A stretch of DNA of 64,000 nt, from the NCBI RefSeq assembly GCF_009914755.1, contig NC_060929.1. One strand, given 5' to 3'. The stretch comes from the human T2T-CHM13v2.0 reference genome, Homo sapiens. Below are positions 1 to 15,242 of the stretch, piece after piece. Every line of letters starts with the position of its first letter. The first letter of the stretch is position 1. Made by a program: the position numbers and the translations under genes. Under the pieces are notes generated by a model. It ran no database searches. It was not told where the DNA came from and saw only the letters and a program-made list of their open reading frames with translations.

Positions 1-45
1 CCCATTATTTCTATTTTTTAAGTTTAACAAAGTCAAATAGGAAGT

Positions 46-314
46 CAAATACTGCATGTCCTCACTTCTAAGTGGGAGCTAAATAATGCGTACACAAGCA
101 CATAGAGAGTGGAATTACAGACATTAGAGACAGAAGAAATGGGAGGGTGGGAGGAAGGGTGAGGCCTGAGAAATTACCTAAAGGGTACAATGTACACTAT
201 TTTTGAGTGGTGATTACACTATAACACCCAGACTTCACCACAGCAAGATATATCCATGTAACAATACTACACTTGTACCCCCTAAATCTATAAAAATAAA
301 ACTGAAAAAAAAAA
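46..314 (+). mobile_element. L1 3' end fragment (L1PB4/L1MA-like 3'UTR with A-tail)
   Basis: Contains 'ctcacttctaagtgggagctaaataatg', the G-rich 'gggagggtgggaggaagggtgagg' tract, 'gggtacaatgtacactat', and ends 'cacttgtaccccctaaatctataaaaataaaa' plus an A-run, matching old L1 3'UTR consensus as I recall it. Confidence 0.85.
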
Positions 315-1199
315 CACAGAATCGTATAACTTTAGAGTTGCAGTGAATCGGAATAGAAATAGGTTATTAAATCAGACTCTTCATTTTACATGATATTTAA
401 AACTGAGGTGTGTGGGTATGTTTATGTTTTCATAAATGAATAATTAAAACAAAACGCTTGATACTGAAGTGTTGGGGTTTTTGAGCGTCTTTTTTAACTC
501 TTAGGATTTTCTGTGACATTCTAACTAGGAAGGAAAAATTATCCATTACTTGGTTTTCAAATTCCTTTTAAAAATTTTATAACAGCATCACTTTCTGGGA
601 AAGCGTCTCCTAAAATGGCCTGAGGTAACCTCTATGGGATAATGGTTTATAAATACATTTTAGTTAGTTCGGTTGTAATTAGTGACACATGAGTGAAGAA
701 CCATATTTTAAGTTCATGGATACTGAGCTTAGTGAATGATGTTTTGCTTTATAAGAGTCTGTTGGGGGCCATTATGAATAATGATGAGGAAAGAATGTAT
801 ATTTGCATCTATAGTGCATGCCCCACGGCAGCAAGGCCTTGAGAAACCTCACTGTCCAGGTTCCATTGCCTGAGTGGCATTGCAGACTACCCTCCCCAGC
901 AGAGCAAAGCTGCAATCAGTGTGTTGCTGCGAGGATCATTACCTTTTTGACACCACTTTTATTGCTTCTTTCATCCTAAATTTCTTTGAGGATGAGTTTT
1001 ATTCATTCTATAACTATAATACATCTAGTTTTGACATCTTTTATCAGTAATTACAAAAGAATCAGTAGCATGGAATTTGAAGCAATTCAGATATTTTCTA
1101 ACTCAACTGTGTCTCTTGCTTATGTAGAGCTTTTGATATGAAACACGACAAGCAAACTTTCCTGTTTTGTACAGTGAGGATCAGGGACAGAGAATTTGC

Positions 1200-1462
1200 T
1201 CAAAATCTCCTAATTCAAGACAACCTTTGCACATTCTTTCTAAACCAACAACATCCTCATCTTTCTCTATTTCTTTTTTCTACTTTGTGTTCCTTCTAGC
1301 ATGTGTCACTCCTTGACATTATAATATTTAATTATTATTTCACTCTCTGTATACTCAATAGAATGTAAGTTTTATGACAATAAAATTTTTATCTATTTTC
1401 TTCACCAATGACTCTTTAGTGCCAGAAATCTGTCTGGCATATTTTTACTGGATGAATGAATG
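1200..1462 (+). mobile_element. L2 LINE 3' end relic
   Basis: 'tagaatgtaagttttatgac...tagtgccagaaatctgtctggcat...ggatgaatgaatga' is the typical L2 3' terminus. Boundaries are approximate. Confidence 0.7.
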
Positions 1463-2224
1463 ACTGGATTCTGAATATGAGAACTTTGAAACTTTGAAGC
1501 TTATATACATTTAGTATATATATGTAATCACTTTATAGATTGACAGTTCCAGGGCAGTAGGCTACAGCATTCATCCCGTACTAATTCTGACTATGTTCTA
1601 GGTTTTAGGATATGGGAAGATGAATAAGATAGAATCCCTGCCCATATAGAACTTATCAACTCATAGAACTTTATAGTAATCTAATTTTCTGGGGCTGGGC
1701 TTAAAAACGGTAACAGTAGAAGTGCTTCTTTTGGTTATAGAAAGTGTAGGATGCTGAATTCGAATGTCGTGAAACATACCTACAGTAAATCCCAGAAGAG
1801 AGTTAGTCTTAGGAGTTAAGCCACTGTTCATATCAGACATGAATGAATGCAATATTAGCATATTAGCAAGGGGTGGTAATTTATTCACCCAATAGCACTT
1901 ATGATAACAGTTTTTATTAAAACTATCGATTGAACCTAATGTGTTCTTTGTATGTCAACATATATTTATATCTGCAAATTACCTAGAAGGGAGCACAGGA
2001 GAAGATCAGATTTGTGGGGGATTGGGGGTCAGGCCTGAGAGAAGTCTAAATGGAGTGTAGAGTTTCATCATGAATTTTAGTCTTACCAAGGAGGAAGATC
2101 TGGGGTAAGCAGGGAAGAATGTGAGAGGCCAAAGCACCTGGCAGATGGCATTAAAGAGAAGAGAAAGTCAAATATAGAAGTGATGATGTACCAAAGAATA
2201 GTGTTTATGATTTAGGACTTTCCA

Positions 2225-2340
2225 TAGAACTTTAGGTTCAATTCAGATATTAGAAATCATCTGGGTTAATCCTTCATTGTAGAGATGAATAAAATGAGTC
2301 TAAGAGAAATGTGTGGTGACTTGCCTAAGGACAGTTGCTA
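2225..2340 (-). mobile_element. MIR SINE fragment
   Basis: 'cttcattgtagagatgaataaaatgagtctaagagaaatgtgtggtgacttgcctaagg' is the reverse MIR core. Confidence 0.6.
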
Positions 2341-2384
2341 GAGCAATGAATATTTGACAAGCTTGGTTTTATAATCATTCAACA

Positions 2385-2943
2385 TTCATTTATTTCTTTT
2401 GGTAGCAATCTCTGTGTTTTGTTTGAGGATCGGTCCTTCTTTTATTTAAGGTTTTGTGGTATATCAGCCCCATTCCCTGAGTCCAGGGGTGGAGTAGAAG
2501 ACCTCAGCCTTACCCAATCAGAACACCCCATTTCCCTGGACACACTGTTGGTCTCAGTATGACTCAAGTTACATAACTTAAGTAATGGATTGCTACTCAC
2601 AATCTTTTGATCTGAGCCAGGGAAGAAGTATTCTGTATTTCTAGCTTGGCTCGAACTTGAAAAGATGAGAAGCTAAAGCTCCTTCAACCATCTTACTATC
2701 ACCAGGTAGAGGCTGTCTGTGACTGGAGCCAATGCAGAAGCAGAGGGAGCAGAGGGAGCAGGGGATTCTGGAACCTGGTGTCAATGGAACCTCGGCATAA
2801 AGCAAAAGAGAAATATTATCACCTCTTCTGGAATTCTCAGTTACCTGAGCCATTGAGCTCCATTTTTTATTGCTTATACATACTTGGACTAAAGGCTGGA
2901 TTTGTTTGGTTCTTTTGCAATATAAATGCCCTAACTGATACAC
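2385..2943 (+). mobile_element. Ancient MaLR LTR (MLT1K-like)
   Basis: Contains 'ccaatcagaacaccccatttccctgg', 'caaccatctt', 'gaattctcagttacctgagcca' and a terminal 'ccctaactgataca'. Confidence 0.55.
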
Positions 2944-3104
2944 TGTGGATTCCCAGTTCAGTTTTCACCTGTTCAGTGGTTGAACATGTTCCTTTGTACC
3001 CTGACATATGGATGGACAGTCACATGGAGGGAGGTGCCTATTTGTTACGATTAGTTTTAGTCCTAAGAGAAGGCTATGAAAAAATTATTATTGTATATAA
3101 GTTA

Positions 3105-3330
3105 ATAGTACCAAGTCTGAAATAGAAAACCTGATTCAAATCCCATTTCTACTTCTACGACCTTTGGTAATTTCCTTACACTCTCTTCTTTTCAACTCTT
3201 TCAGATGCAAATGGAGATAATAATTGTACTTTTATCTTGAGATCACTGTGAGGATTAAATGAGATTTTATGTCTGTAGCACCTATCAAAGTCCAGAACAT
3301 TGTAAACACTCAAAATTATGTTATGGTGAT
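3105..3330 (+). mobile_element. MIR SINE
   Basis: 'acctgattcaaatccc...gcaaatggagataataattgtac...gtgaggattaaatgaga' is the MIR core plus 3' region. Confidence 0.75.
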
Positions 3331-3419
3331 TAACATTGTGTTGTGTTAACAATTGCTTAGCAGAGAAACTGGCATGGCATAATTACAGACTAAATGGCTG
3401 ATGAAAAATCAGTAGTTTT

Positions 3420-3719
<300 letters not shown>

Positions 3720-4548
3720 AAAAATCAGTAGTTTTAGTACGGGATCAGAAGACTTTGACCTTATTCTCTCCTTCTAAGATTTTACTTTTTGAATCTCATT
3801 TTGGCCCTTTTTCAGTTTTGTAACCTTTACTTAGGCAATGTGTTTTAGGCTCTCATTTCTTTGTTTTGTATCAAAAGACCATTTCGGGATTTTAGTTCCA
3901 TTCATGAGTTACTTCTGTATGGTTAGGTTAATAATAGACAACCTGTCAGTTAATAAAATATGCTCAGAAAAATGGTCGATCCATTTATTTTTATTTCTAA
4001 TTTGTTCTTATATAATCTCTAAAAATGCTTCTTAAAAGTTTTATTTTCAGAGATGCCAATCATTTTTGGCCCAATAAATATCAATGTATGCTTTGGAAAT
4101 ATGTATTAGAACAGATAGAAAAAAAAAGATCTTTCAGGGTGCTTGCAATGATTTTATGTTCTTCACAAGGAAAAACCTCTTTTTGCATTAATAGACCAGT
4201 TCTATGTATTTCTTTTTTAAATTAAAATTTATCCTTACTTTTTACAATTACACTATTCAAGAGGTTTGGATTTCTCTGATTATTTGTTAACTATCTCTCA
4301 TCACTGTTAGCATGTACCAGAAGCACAGTTCTAAGTGAGAATGGACCACATGCTGAAGGAATGGGATAACCTAGACAGTGAGAATTTTAGTAGGTATGGT
4401 AACCTGGGACTCTCCTTGTCGTTTCCTTACTGGATGGTTAATGAGAATCTGTGTAGAAAGAGTAATTCTAAGGCAAGATTTTGCAAATACTTTTCTTTCA
4501 TTCTATACCATAATTTTTGTTTGTGTGTGATGGGTGCTTCTGTATATT

Positions 4549-5091
4549 TGTCAGAGGCATGTAAACCAGAGCAACTCCATCTTAAATAGGGGCTGGGTAA
4601 AATAAGGCTGGCCTTCATTCCCATACAGTTAAAACATTCGAAGTCACAGGATGAGACAGGAGCTTGGCACAAGATACAAGTCATAAAGACCTTGCTGATA
4701 AAACAGGTTGCAGTAAAGAAGCCAGCCAAAACACACCAAAACGAAGATGGCCATGAGAGTGACCTCTGGTCGTTCTCACTGCTACACTCCCACCAGCACC
4801 ATGACAGATTACAAATGCCATGGCAACGTCACAAAGTTACCCTATATGGTCTAAAAAGGGGAAGCATGAATAATCTACTGCTGTTTAGCATGTCATCAAG
4901 AAATAACCATAAAAATGGGCAACCAGCAGCCTTCAGGGCTTCTCTATCTATGAAGTAACTATTATTTTATTCCTTTACTTTCCTCATAAACTTACTTTCA
5001 AATTACCCTGCGGACTCACCCTGAATTCTTTCTTCAGTGAGATCCAAGAACCCTCTCTTTGGGTCTGGATCAAGACCCCTTTCCTGTAACA
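4549..5091 (+). mobile_element. MER41A solo LTR (ERV1)
   Basis: TG...CA termini ('tgtcagaggcatgtaaaccagagcaactccatctt' to 'cctttcctgtaaca') and a 4-bp TSD TATT at 4545-4548 and 5092-5095. Confidence 0.9.
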
Positions 5092-5622
5092 TATTCAGGC
5101 CAAACTCCAATAATATAGAATCATTTTGATTAAAATAATATTGTTTATAGTTCTCCAAATAGAATAGCTTCTACTATATTTTAGGGTACAAGCTCCTAGG
5201 ACCCTAAAGAGAAGTCTACAAGTGACCTAGAATACAAGAATAAATTTTTAGAGCATGGGAAAAGCAATGGTTCTGGGAGCCCTTCTAACAACCAGTGTCT
5301 GAGTGGACCACTTGGATACAAATCTATTAAATGTTTTGTCGATGCTACATAAAAGTATGTTTTTTTATGGATAGAACATTTCTTTGAATCAATGTGACCT
5401 GGTAGCTTGAATAATAGATTTTTATGAACTTAGTACATCTAATTTGGAAATTAAAATGGTGACACTCACAGTTTTGTAAATTTATCCAGCTGTATATTTC
5501 TTGGAAGCATGAATAGGGTGTCTGAGAGAAGAAAGTATACTTAAATAGACTCGTTTCTTCCCACAGCATTGACTTGTTTCTCTCCCCTGGTTTCTAGGTC
5601 CTACTATAAAATGGAGAAAGAG

Positions 5623-6111
5623 TATATTAGTCAGGTTTTTAGCTACAGAACACAAAATCTATTCTAGCTGGTTTTAATTCAAGGGGGCTATTATGGCTCG
5701 CATAATCATTGGCAGACCTGATAAAACAGACACTGGAAGCTTTCTGGAATGATTTTTCTAACCGTACAGTAGAGCTTGATTACAAAGGGAATAATGGATG
5801 ATTCTTTCAAGAACCTGTTGAATCAAGAAATCACAGCCACAACTGTCAACTCCAGCCCTACAAAACCTGTGCCACTATTTACACCAAAAAGATGCATGTC
5901 ATACGCTCTGCTCATCTCCTTCTATGGAACTCAGTTTAGATTCAGTTTCCTGGGAGTATACCAACTGGCAGATCTAAATTATGTCTGGAATCCTAGCTGC
6001 TATAGAGTATGGGAAATCTTGTATTTAGCCTTCAAGCCAATGCAGACAGGAAGGCACACTAAAAGAGGTTTGGAATGATTGCTGAGTGAGCTGGCTACAG
6101 TATCTGCTACA
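5623..6111 (-). mobile_element. Ancient MaLR (MLT1-family) LTR
   Basis: Begins 'tatattagtcaggtttttagctacagaacacaaaatctattctagctgg' (reverse of the MLT1 3' end) and ends 'gtatctgctaca'. Confidence 0.55.
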
Positions 6112-7091
6112 TGGGGTCTGGAGGTGTACATGTTTTAATAATTTAAGAACCTGACTCATGACATCCTTAGAAACAGACAATTCAGATTCAAGTCTTGCAA
6201 TATTTGGATTATAAATATTATTATTTGGCAGTGGGAATAAAAGGGAGGGAGAGAGATGGGAGTAAACAGGAAGGTATTAACAGAAGCTGGGACCTTAGGT
6301 TTCGACAGATTCATGTTCATGAGACCACTTTTAGATTAGTCAGTTTCTATATAACTCTCTCTACTCTGCTTTCTTCATGGCCTGTCACTTGCATAAAACA
6401 TAATCTTGGCTTACCTCTTTATCTGGCTCATTCAACCTCTTAGTGGAGGATAGAAACCACTTATCCCTTTGGATAGGACAGAAAGTTTTTGTCTGTAAGT
6501 AAGGAATAAACAGTTTTCTCTGTGGTTCTTTCATTTTTCTATATGACCAACATCAAATGCACCATCAAATACACTGCCATCCTCCCACCACCACCACTAC
6601 CCAAGAAGAGAGTTAAACTTTCTCTTTACCGGAGGTGTGCACTTTGTAGATTTGGTGCTTCCTTTGCAGAGCTTGATGCTATTGCCAGCAATGTCTTTTC
6701 GCGGAATGCTCAAAGACTGGTGGGGCTTGGCATCGGTATAAGTGCAGGGATGGGGGTCTGATGTATTAGCAAGTATATTATGGCCCCACATCAAACTCTT
6801 AATTTCCCAGCCTTGCTGAATTAGCTGCTTCTTTCCTTGTCTCAAGTGGCAGCATGTGGGCAGAAACTTCAAGATGAGGAGCATCTGTTACCACTTTTGA
6901 ATTTTCAGTTTTCCCTAAAACTCAAACCTGAAACCTAGTGCACAGCTGAGTGAATAAGCAAGCTGTGTGTTTGAGTGGCAAATCACAGCGTGACTACACC
7001 CTCCTGGAGCAGCTCTGCAGACTTCCTCCTTGTCAAGAAGCAGATAGGGTCTGCTGTCTGTGGCTCCTTAAGGCTGTCTCTCCACAGGCAG

Positions 7092-7149
7092 GGCTGCGCT
7101 GTGAAAGAATTGAGTTGTTTGGCTGCGCTGTGAAAGAATTGAGTTGTTT
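7092..7149. repeat. Perfect 29-bp tandem duplication
   Basis: ggctgcgctgtgaaagaattgagttgttt at 7092-7120 and again at 7121-7149. Confidence 0.97.
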
Positions 7150-8558
7150 TTAGAATTTCCTTTTGATGCTCTTTTGATTCTAATTTTCTTTAAGAAGAAC
7201 TGAGATATTATAGCCAAAATTAGAAAAGCCATCTTATTTCGTTCTCCCAATATGTTCAATTATTGGAGACAAAGAATTTTTGGCTTCATCAGAGTGTTTT
7301 GGAACAAGTATTTACAAATAATTACCTAGTGGCCCTTGGTAGAAGACTTCCTTGCATTTTTGTTTTCCTTAGGAAAAAAAATATTCCAATTGTTATTTCA
7401 AAAATTCTGAATTCTGTGAAAGTTTTATAAGATGTCAGGCATTATCAAAGGTCTACAAAATAGGCTCTTTCTTTGCCTGCACAGATGCCCTTGTCCATTT
7501 AAACAATTCAGCACAGTTGACTGGGTGAGTCAATTACATTAATGTCTGCTATTTGGTAGAAAATAAGTGGTCATTTGAGTCTAGTAAAGGACAATAGTTA
7601 TCTTCTAACAGGGATTGGCAATATTAAATGTTGAATTTAATTGCTAGAAGTATAAAACTGTATGTCAACTGGATAAATGCTTTTCCAAGTGAAGAGAAAA
7701 TTCAGATGGTTAGAAATGTTTTCATTTTCAAACTTACAGTCCTTAAGTTAATAAAATTTAAATTTAATAAATATATTTCCACATGAATGTAATGCTGAAA
7801 TAATTTGTCTAACACCAGGATATGCTGCTGCTATCAGTTCTAATGGCATTTGTTACAAACATGCCTTACCTAAAATGTTTTACAGCAATAAGTTCTTTGT
7901 CTATTAGTATTAAATGAGTTTCTTTTGAAAGAGCCTATGTAGAGGAGGGTTGAGGGTTTCATTTGCTGTTGTAGTATGCTATCAATACAGTATGAAACCT
8001 CTACTTTTTGAAATTTTAAATCCTGTTTATTTGTTATTTAGGTGAATTTGAGCAAACATTCTGCATCTGTTTTCTCATAGGTAATCTGACAATAATCTGA
8101 AATTAAAAATTTTCTGGACAATTAAATGTAGTCATTGATGTGCTCAATAACAATTTATTGGGCACCTACTCAGTGCCAGGCACTAAGCTACTATTTTGAA
8201 ATAAGATCCATTACTGCCACCAAGAAGCTATAATCTAGAATATGAAAAAGCACTTTGGAAACATGGACAGTGCTAAACAAACACATGTAGTTACTATTTA
8301 AAAATGTAAAGGCAGAAGTAAAAATACTTTGAGACAAAATATTCAGTGGTATAGTCTTAGAAATACCTTAAAAGCAACTTTCAATATTTGATGAGTTTAG
8401 ACAGTGCATTCTCTTAAAGAGAATCCCTACTTTTCAGAGACTTCATCACAAGTAACTATGATAATATTTTTCTAATCCAAACTGTCACATGACCCAAGCA
8501 AAACTTTCATTATCTCACCAATAACTAATTTACAACAAGGCCATTGACTGTTTTTTCT

Positions 8559-11020
<2,462 letters not shown>

Positions 11021-11327
11021 ACGGACTGTTTTTTCTAATCATAGCCTCACTCTGGTTTTATAGTGTTTGAAACATACACATTTGGGAGTCATCTTCAAGA
11101 AAATGAATCTATTGCCAACAATACTTTAAAAAGCATCAGATACTACAAACAACATAAAATTCAAAAATATTGCTGTAGTAATTAACTTTCTCTAATGATG
11201 TTTTCCTTACTTGTTGATGTCTGCTTACTCCTTGATCACCTCTTCTATGAAAATAATTTTTAAAAATCACTTTCTATAGACATAATAGAGTTTAGTCTCT
11301 TGTCAAACATAGTAAATTGAAAATTGA

Positions 11328-11641
11328 TTTTTTCTTTTCTTTTTTTTTCTTTTCTTTTTTGAGATGGAGTCTCGCTTTGTTACCCAAGCTGGAGTGCAGT
11401 GGGGTGATCTTGGCTCACTGCAATCTCTGCCTCCTGGGTTCAAGCGATTCTCCTGCCTCAGCCTCTGAGTAGCTGGGATTATAGGCATGTGACACCACAC
11501 CCAACTAATTTTTGTATTTTTAGTAGAGATGGGGTTTCGCCATGTTGGCCAGGCTGGTCTCGAACTCCTGACCTCAAGCGATTCGCCTGCCTCAGCCTCC
11601 CAGCATGTTGTGATTACAAGCATGAGCCACCGCACCCAGCC
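11328..11641 (-). mobile_element. AluS (Sz-like)
   Basis: T-rich tail then 'gagatggagtctcgc...ctcctgacctcaagcgattcgcctgcctcagcctccc...gagccaccgcacccagcc'. Confidence 0.95.
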
Positions 11642-13673
11642 TATTGATGGTAATTTAGAAATGCTTTTTCGGCTTCACTGTTCCTTATTGATAATGTTAT
11701 GTACAGCTTTCAGATTTCTGTCAAGTTTAGGAAGACTTCTATGAAGTGTCTTTGGAATGTGAGTTACACAATTTGGAAGAATTTTCCTTGGTCCTGTTCA
11801 TTTTAAACCTAGTTTCTCTCCTGCTACTATGTACTATCTGCCAGGCATTTGCATACAAGTTTATATCCTGATTAGGTCTCTGCCCCTGCATATACATGTT
11901 GTGAAGCTGGGTGAGCTGGTGTAGCTAGGGGTAAAAGCATTCCTGAAATTCATTTCTACACTGGTATGTCCATCAATAATTTAACCATACATGGAAATGA
12001 TTGGAAAGAACTGTATATCTCATTAAATCCAAGATAACCATATCTTCAACTCAACTTCCCCTTAATAGGATTCCCCAAATCCCCACAACCTCTCTAATGC
12101 CACCCACATGCAGGGAGAGTAGACAGAGTGGAAGGAGGAATAGAAACAGAGAAGCAATTATGTGAAAACCATCTTCAAACTGTAAATATAAGAAGTACAA
12201 TTGACCAGACGAACACACTGTTAGAAACCCTTTCCACCTCCTGGAAGGGCTGTGAAAGGAGCCTGTGCAGTCAAAGAAGATCTAAAACTATGCTTCACTA
12301 TCCAATGGAAGATTTTCCTCCATGCTTAGTGTAGGCATTTCTTCACAGAGCAGAATATTTATTGGATGGGTGTTATCTTTGAAATAGTATTATACAATTA
12401 CAGCATTTTAATGTGACAGTCATAGGGTTCCATTTTCTCGAACAACACCTTTATTTTAAATATTATCTCTATCAGCTGCTAATTTGTTTTGAAGCATTTA
12501 TTCTTAATTTATTTATGCAGACATCACCCATGCTGGATACTGTGCTGAGCTCTGCAAATGATCAGAGATATAGAAGAGTTATCCACTACCCTCTTGAAAT
12601 TGTAGTTAGGTTTATAATAGAGAATACAGAATTTCCAAACTAATATTATCATTCCTTGGACCTCCTAGCTTTTATCTGAGATTTTACAAAATAATGCAGA
12701 AAAATCGCTGCTTTCTGAAATGTCTCTTAGTATTTTTCTCAAAAACCAGTGGCACACTTCTAATAGTCTCTAACATTCTTTATTTTTAAGCGAATTATGC
12801 CACATCTTACTACCAGTATGCAAATTTCCCAAGCTGTCTCTCTTTGCTCCATGTAGCTTTATAATTAAATGTTTACGGCTATGTCCCTTGGCAGAGACTG
12901 ATGAAGGATAAAAATCTTCGAACATTGCTAAGAGTCTTAAAATGATGTCTTATTACTAGATCCATGGGGCTGTCTAAGCACCTCATTTTCTTGCAGTGCT
13001 TTTTTTCTAGCATTTTCACTATGTTGAAGATATTTTCCTTTTGTATTTATTTCAGATATAATGATAATCACCCTGGGTCTTCTCGCAGGTGAAGTGTAAG
13101 AAAGGCTGAACTTGAGAGTATGTGTGAGGACTGCTGTGGTGAGATTGTATTCACACAGACTAGAGAATATCAAAAGTTATCACTAAACAAGTGGGAGAAA
13201 TGCTAAAGTTTTACCCACTCTTTTTACACTGGCAGTTTTAAATAGTTCTTCACATTAGAAAATAGAACACTTAACCTCCCAGGGAAGTATGTTCCATTAG
13301 ATTATATCTCCAAAGTATGGAACAATTCATTTCCAGGAAATAGGTACTTGAACAAGAGGCTTTATGAAAGTTATTTTTTCCATACAAAGTCATATTCCCA
13401 CTTCCCATCCATTTACAAGAAGCAAAGTCTTAGTAGTGTTATAATGAATAGCTGATCTTTACTTCCATTTATTAACATGTAAGAAATATTCAGATCTAGC
13501 CTCAAAGTACGCAGCCATGTAAGCAAGAACAATTAATGGTTTAAGACATAAAGTTCAGAATCCATTAAAAATTGTAGTCTGGTCATTAGGTGATGAGTGG
13601 CAAAAGGCATTTAAAAAATGTTTTGAGGCATTTTAAATGACACGAGACTAGACGAGAATAGCTTGTATATAGA

Positions 13674-13820
13674 ATAGTGATTCTCACCGTTTTTATATCA
13701 GAGATGCCTTGAGAATTTTATGCAAGTATAGGTCCACTTAGAAACATGCACACACAAAAAATTTAGGGGTTTCATTGAACCCTCCAAGTCAATTGTCTAT
13801 CAGGTTTTGAATCTTTCTTT
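13674..13820. mobile_element. Degenerate hAT-Charlie-type MITE
   Basis: 'tagtgattctcacc...gccttgagaattttatgcaagtataggtcc...catgcacacacaaaaaatttaggggtttcattgaaccc...caggttttgaatc' resembles short Charlie-derived elements. Subfamily not determined. Confidence 0.4.
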
Positions 13821-13999
13821 GCCCTAGACTTGCTTTCTAGTGCTTCTTTCCTTAGGAATCCACATGCAACATGATGACTGTGGAAAACCAAGAACACTTG
13901 AGAGCAATGGAATCACATAGCATACTTCTGAATTTCACGAAGCATTGGATTTTGGTCTCAGTGAAATCGACTCCTGTATTACCAGTGCCATTGTCTTTC

Positions 14000-14550
14000 T
14001 CATGACATGGTAAAGGCTTGCTTTTGCTGCCGGAATAGCCTCTTAACTGTTCAGTCTGTTACTCTTCTTGCATCTTCCACTCCCTGTCACACTGGCTGCC
14101 AGAGCCATCAATCCAAATTATTCATCTCACAATTGGAACCCTTCACTGCCACCTCTACCTCATAAGCCCAAGTCCTGTATCATGACCTTTCATCTTGCCC
14201 CTGGGTATTATTCCAGCATCACATCCCACAGTTCCATTTTCCTCATACCCTCATTAGATGCTCAATAATTATACTCCGTCATTGCAGAAACTTTTATAGT
14301 TCCCTGAAACACAAGATCATGATCTATAATCTTCATTCTTCGCCCATTTGCTCAGACTTGACTTTCATCTCTTGCTCCCCTTGTGAACCATTCCTAATTC
14401 TTCAAAACTCAATGCAGAGTTCAGTTCCAGTGGGAACCCCTCCCAGGCAGTGCTAATCACTTCTCCCTCTGATTCATGGTATCTTGAGCAGGGTTCTAGT
14501 GTTGCTGAATAGGAGTCAAACAGATATTTTTGAATGAGTGGATTAATGAG
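14000..14550 (+). mobile_element. L2 LINE 3' region
   Basis: 'ggaatagcctcttaactg...acactggctgccagagccatc', ending 'cagatatttttgaatgagtggattaatga'. Confidence 0.6.
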
Positions 14551-14639
14551 CACAGGGAAGATGAGTTACAAAGCACTTTTTTTCTTTCTTGGGGAACATA
14601 GGTTGTTTTATGAGGGGAGAGCACAGGGTACATATTGGG

Positions 14640-15168
14640 ATGCACTAGGCAGTTCTAACATGGCCCCATGCTACCACTTTTTGGTTTTCATGCCCTTATA
14701 CAATCCCCTTCTCTAGAGTGTGGGTAGGCCTCACTTCTAATGTATATGATGCAGCAAAAGTGATGAGATGAGGTTACAAAAGAACGACTTCATTCTTGCT
14801 TGCATTCTCTCTCTGGCTCTTCTTGCTTCTTGCTCTGTTGAAGCCAGATGCCAAGTTGTGAGCTGCCGTATGGAGAAACCCATGTGGAAAATAACTGAGA
14901 GTAGCCTCCAGTCAATAGCCAGGGAGGGAAGAATCCTGCCAACAATCATGTGAGCAAGCTTGAAAGCAGATTCTTTTTCAGTTGAGCTTTGAGAGGAAAG
15001 CAGCCCCAGGTGACATTTTGAATACAGCCTTGAGAGAGATGCTGAGCTAGATAACCCAATTAAGCCATTCCTGGATTCCCAACCAACAGAAATGGCAAGA
15101 TAATACATGTTATTTTAATCCACTAAGCTTTAGGGTAACTTGTTATGCAGCAATATGTTACCGATACG
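14640..15168 (+). mobile_element. MLT1F-like MaLR LTR
   Basis: Contains 'catggcccca', 'gtgagctgccgtatggagaaacccatgtgg', 'ctgccaacaatcatgtgagcaagcttgaaagcagattc' and 'ctaagctttagggtaacttgttatgcagcaata'. Confidence 0.8.
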
Positions 15169-15242
15169 TAAGTGGTGGGAGATAAGACCAGAAAGACAGT
15201 TTGAGTCTACATGGTGAAGGGCCTTGTATGGCATGTGAAAGA

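Noticed and set aside
4335-4958. ORFs overlapping MER41, and similar ORFs in the MLT1, THE1, MST and MER21 LTRs elsewhere
   Set aside because: Chance frames in non-coding LTRs with no protein motifs.
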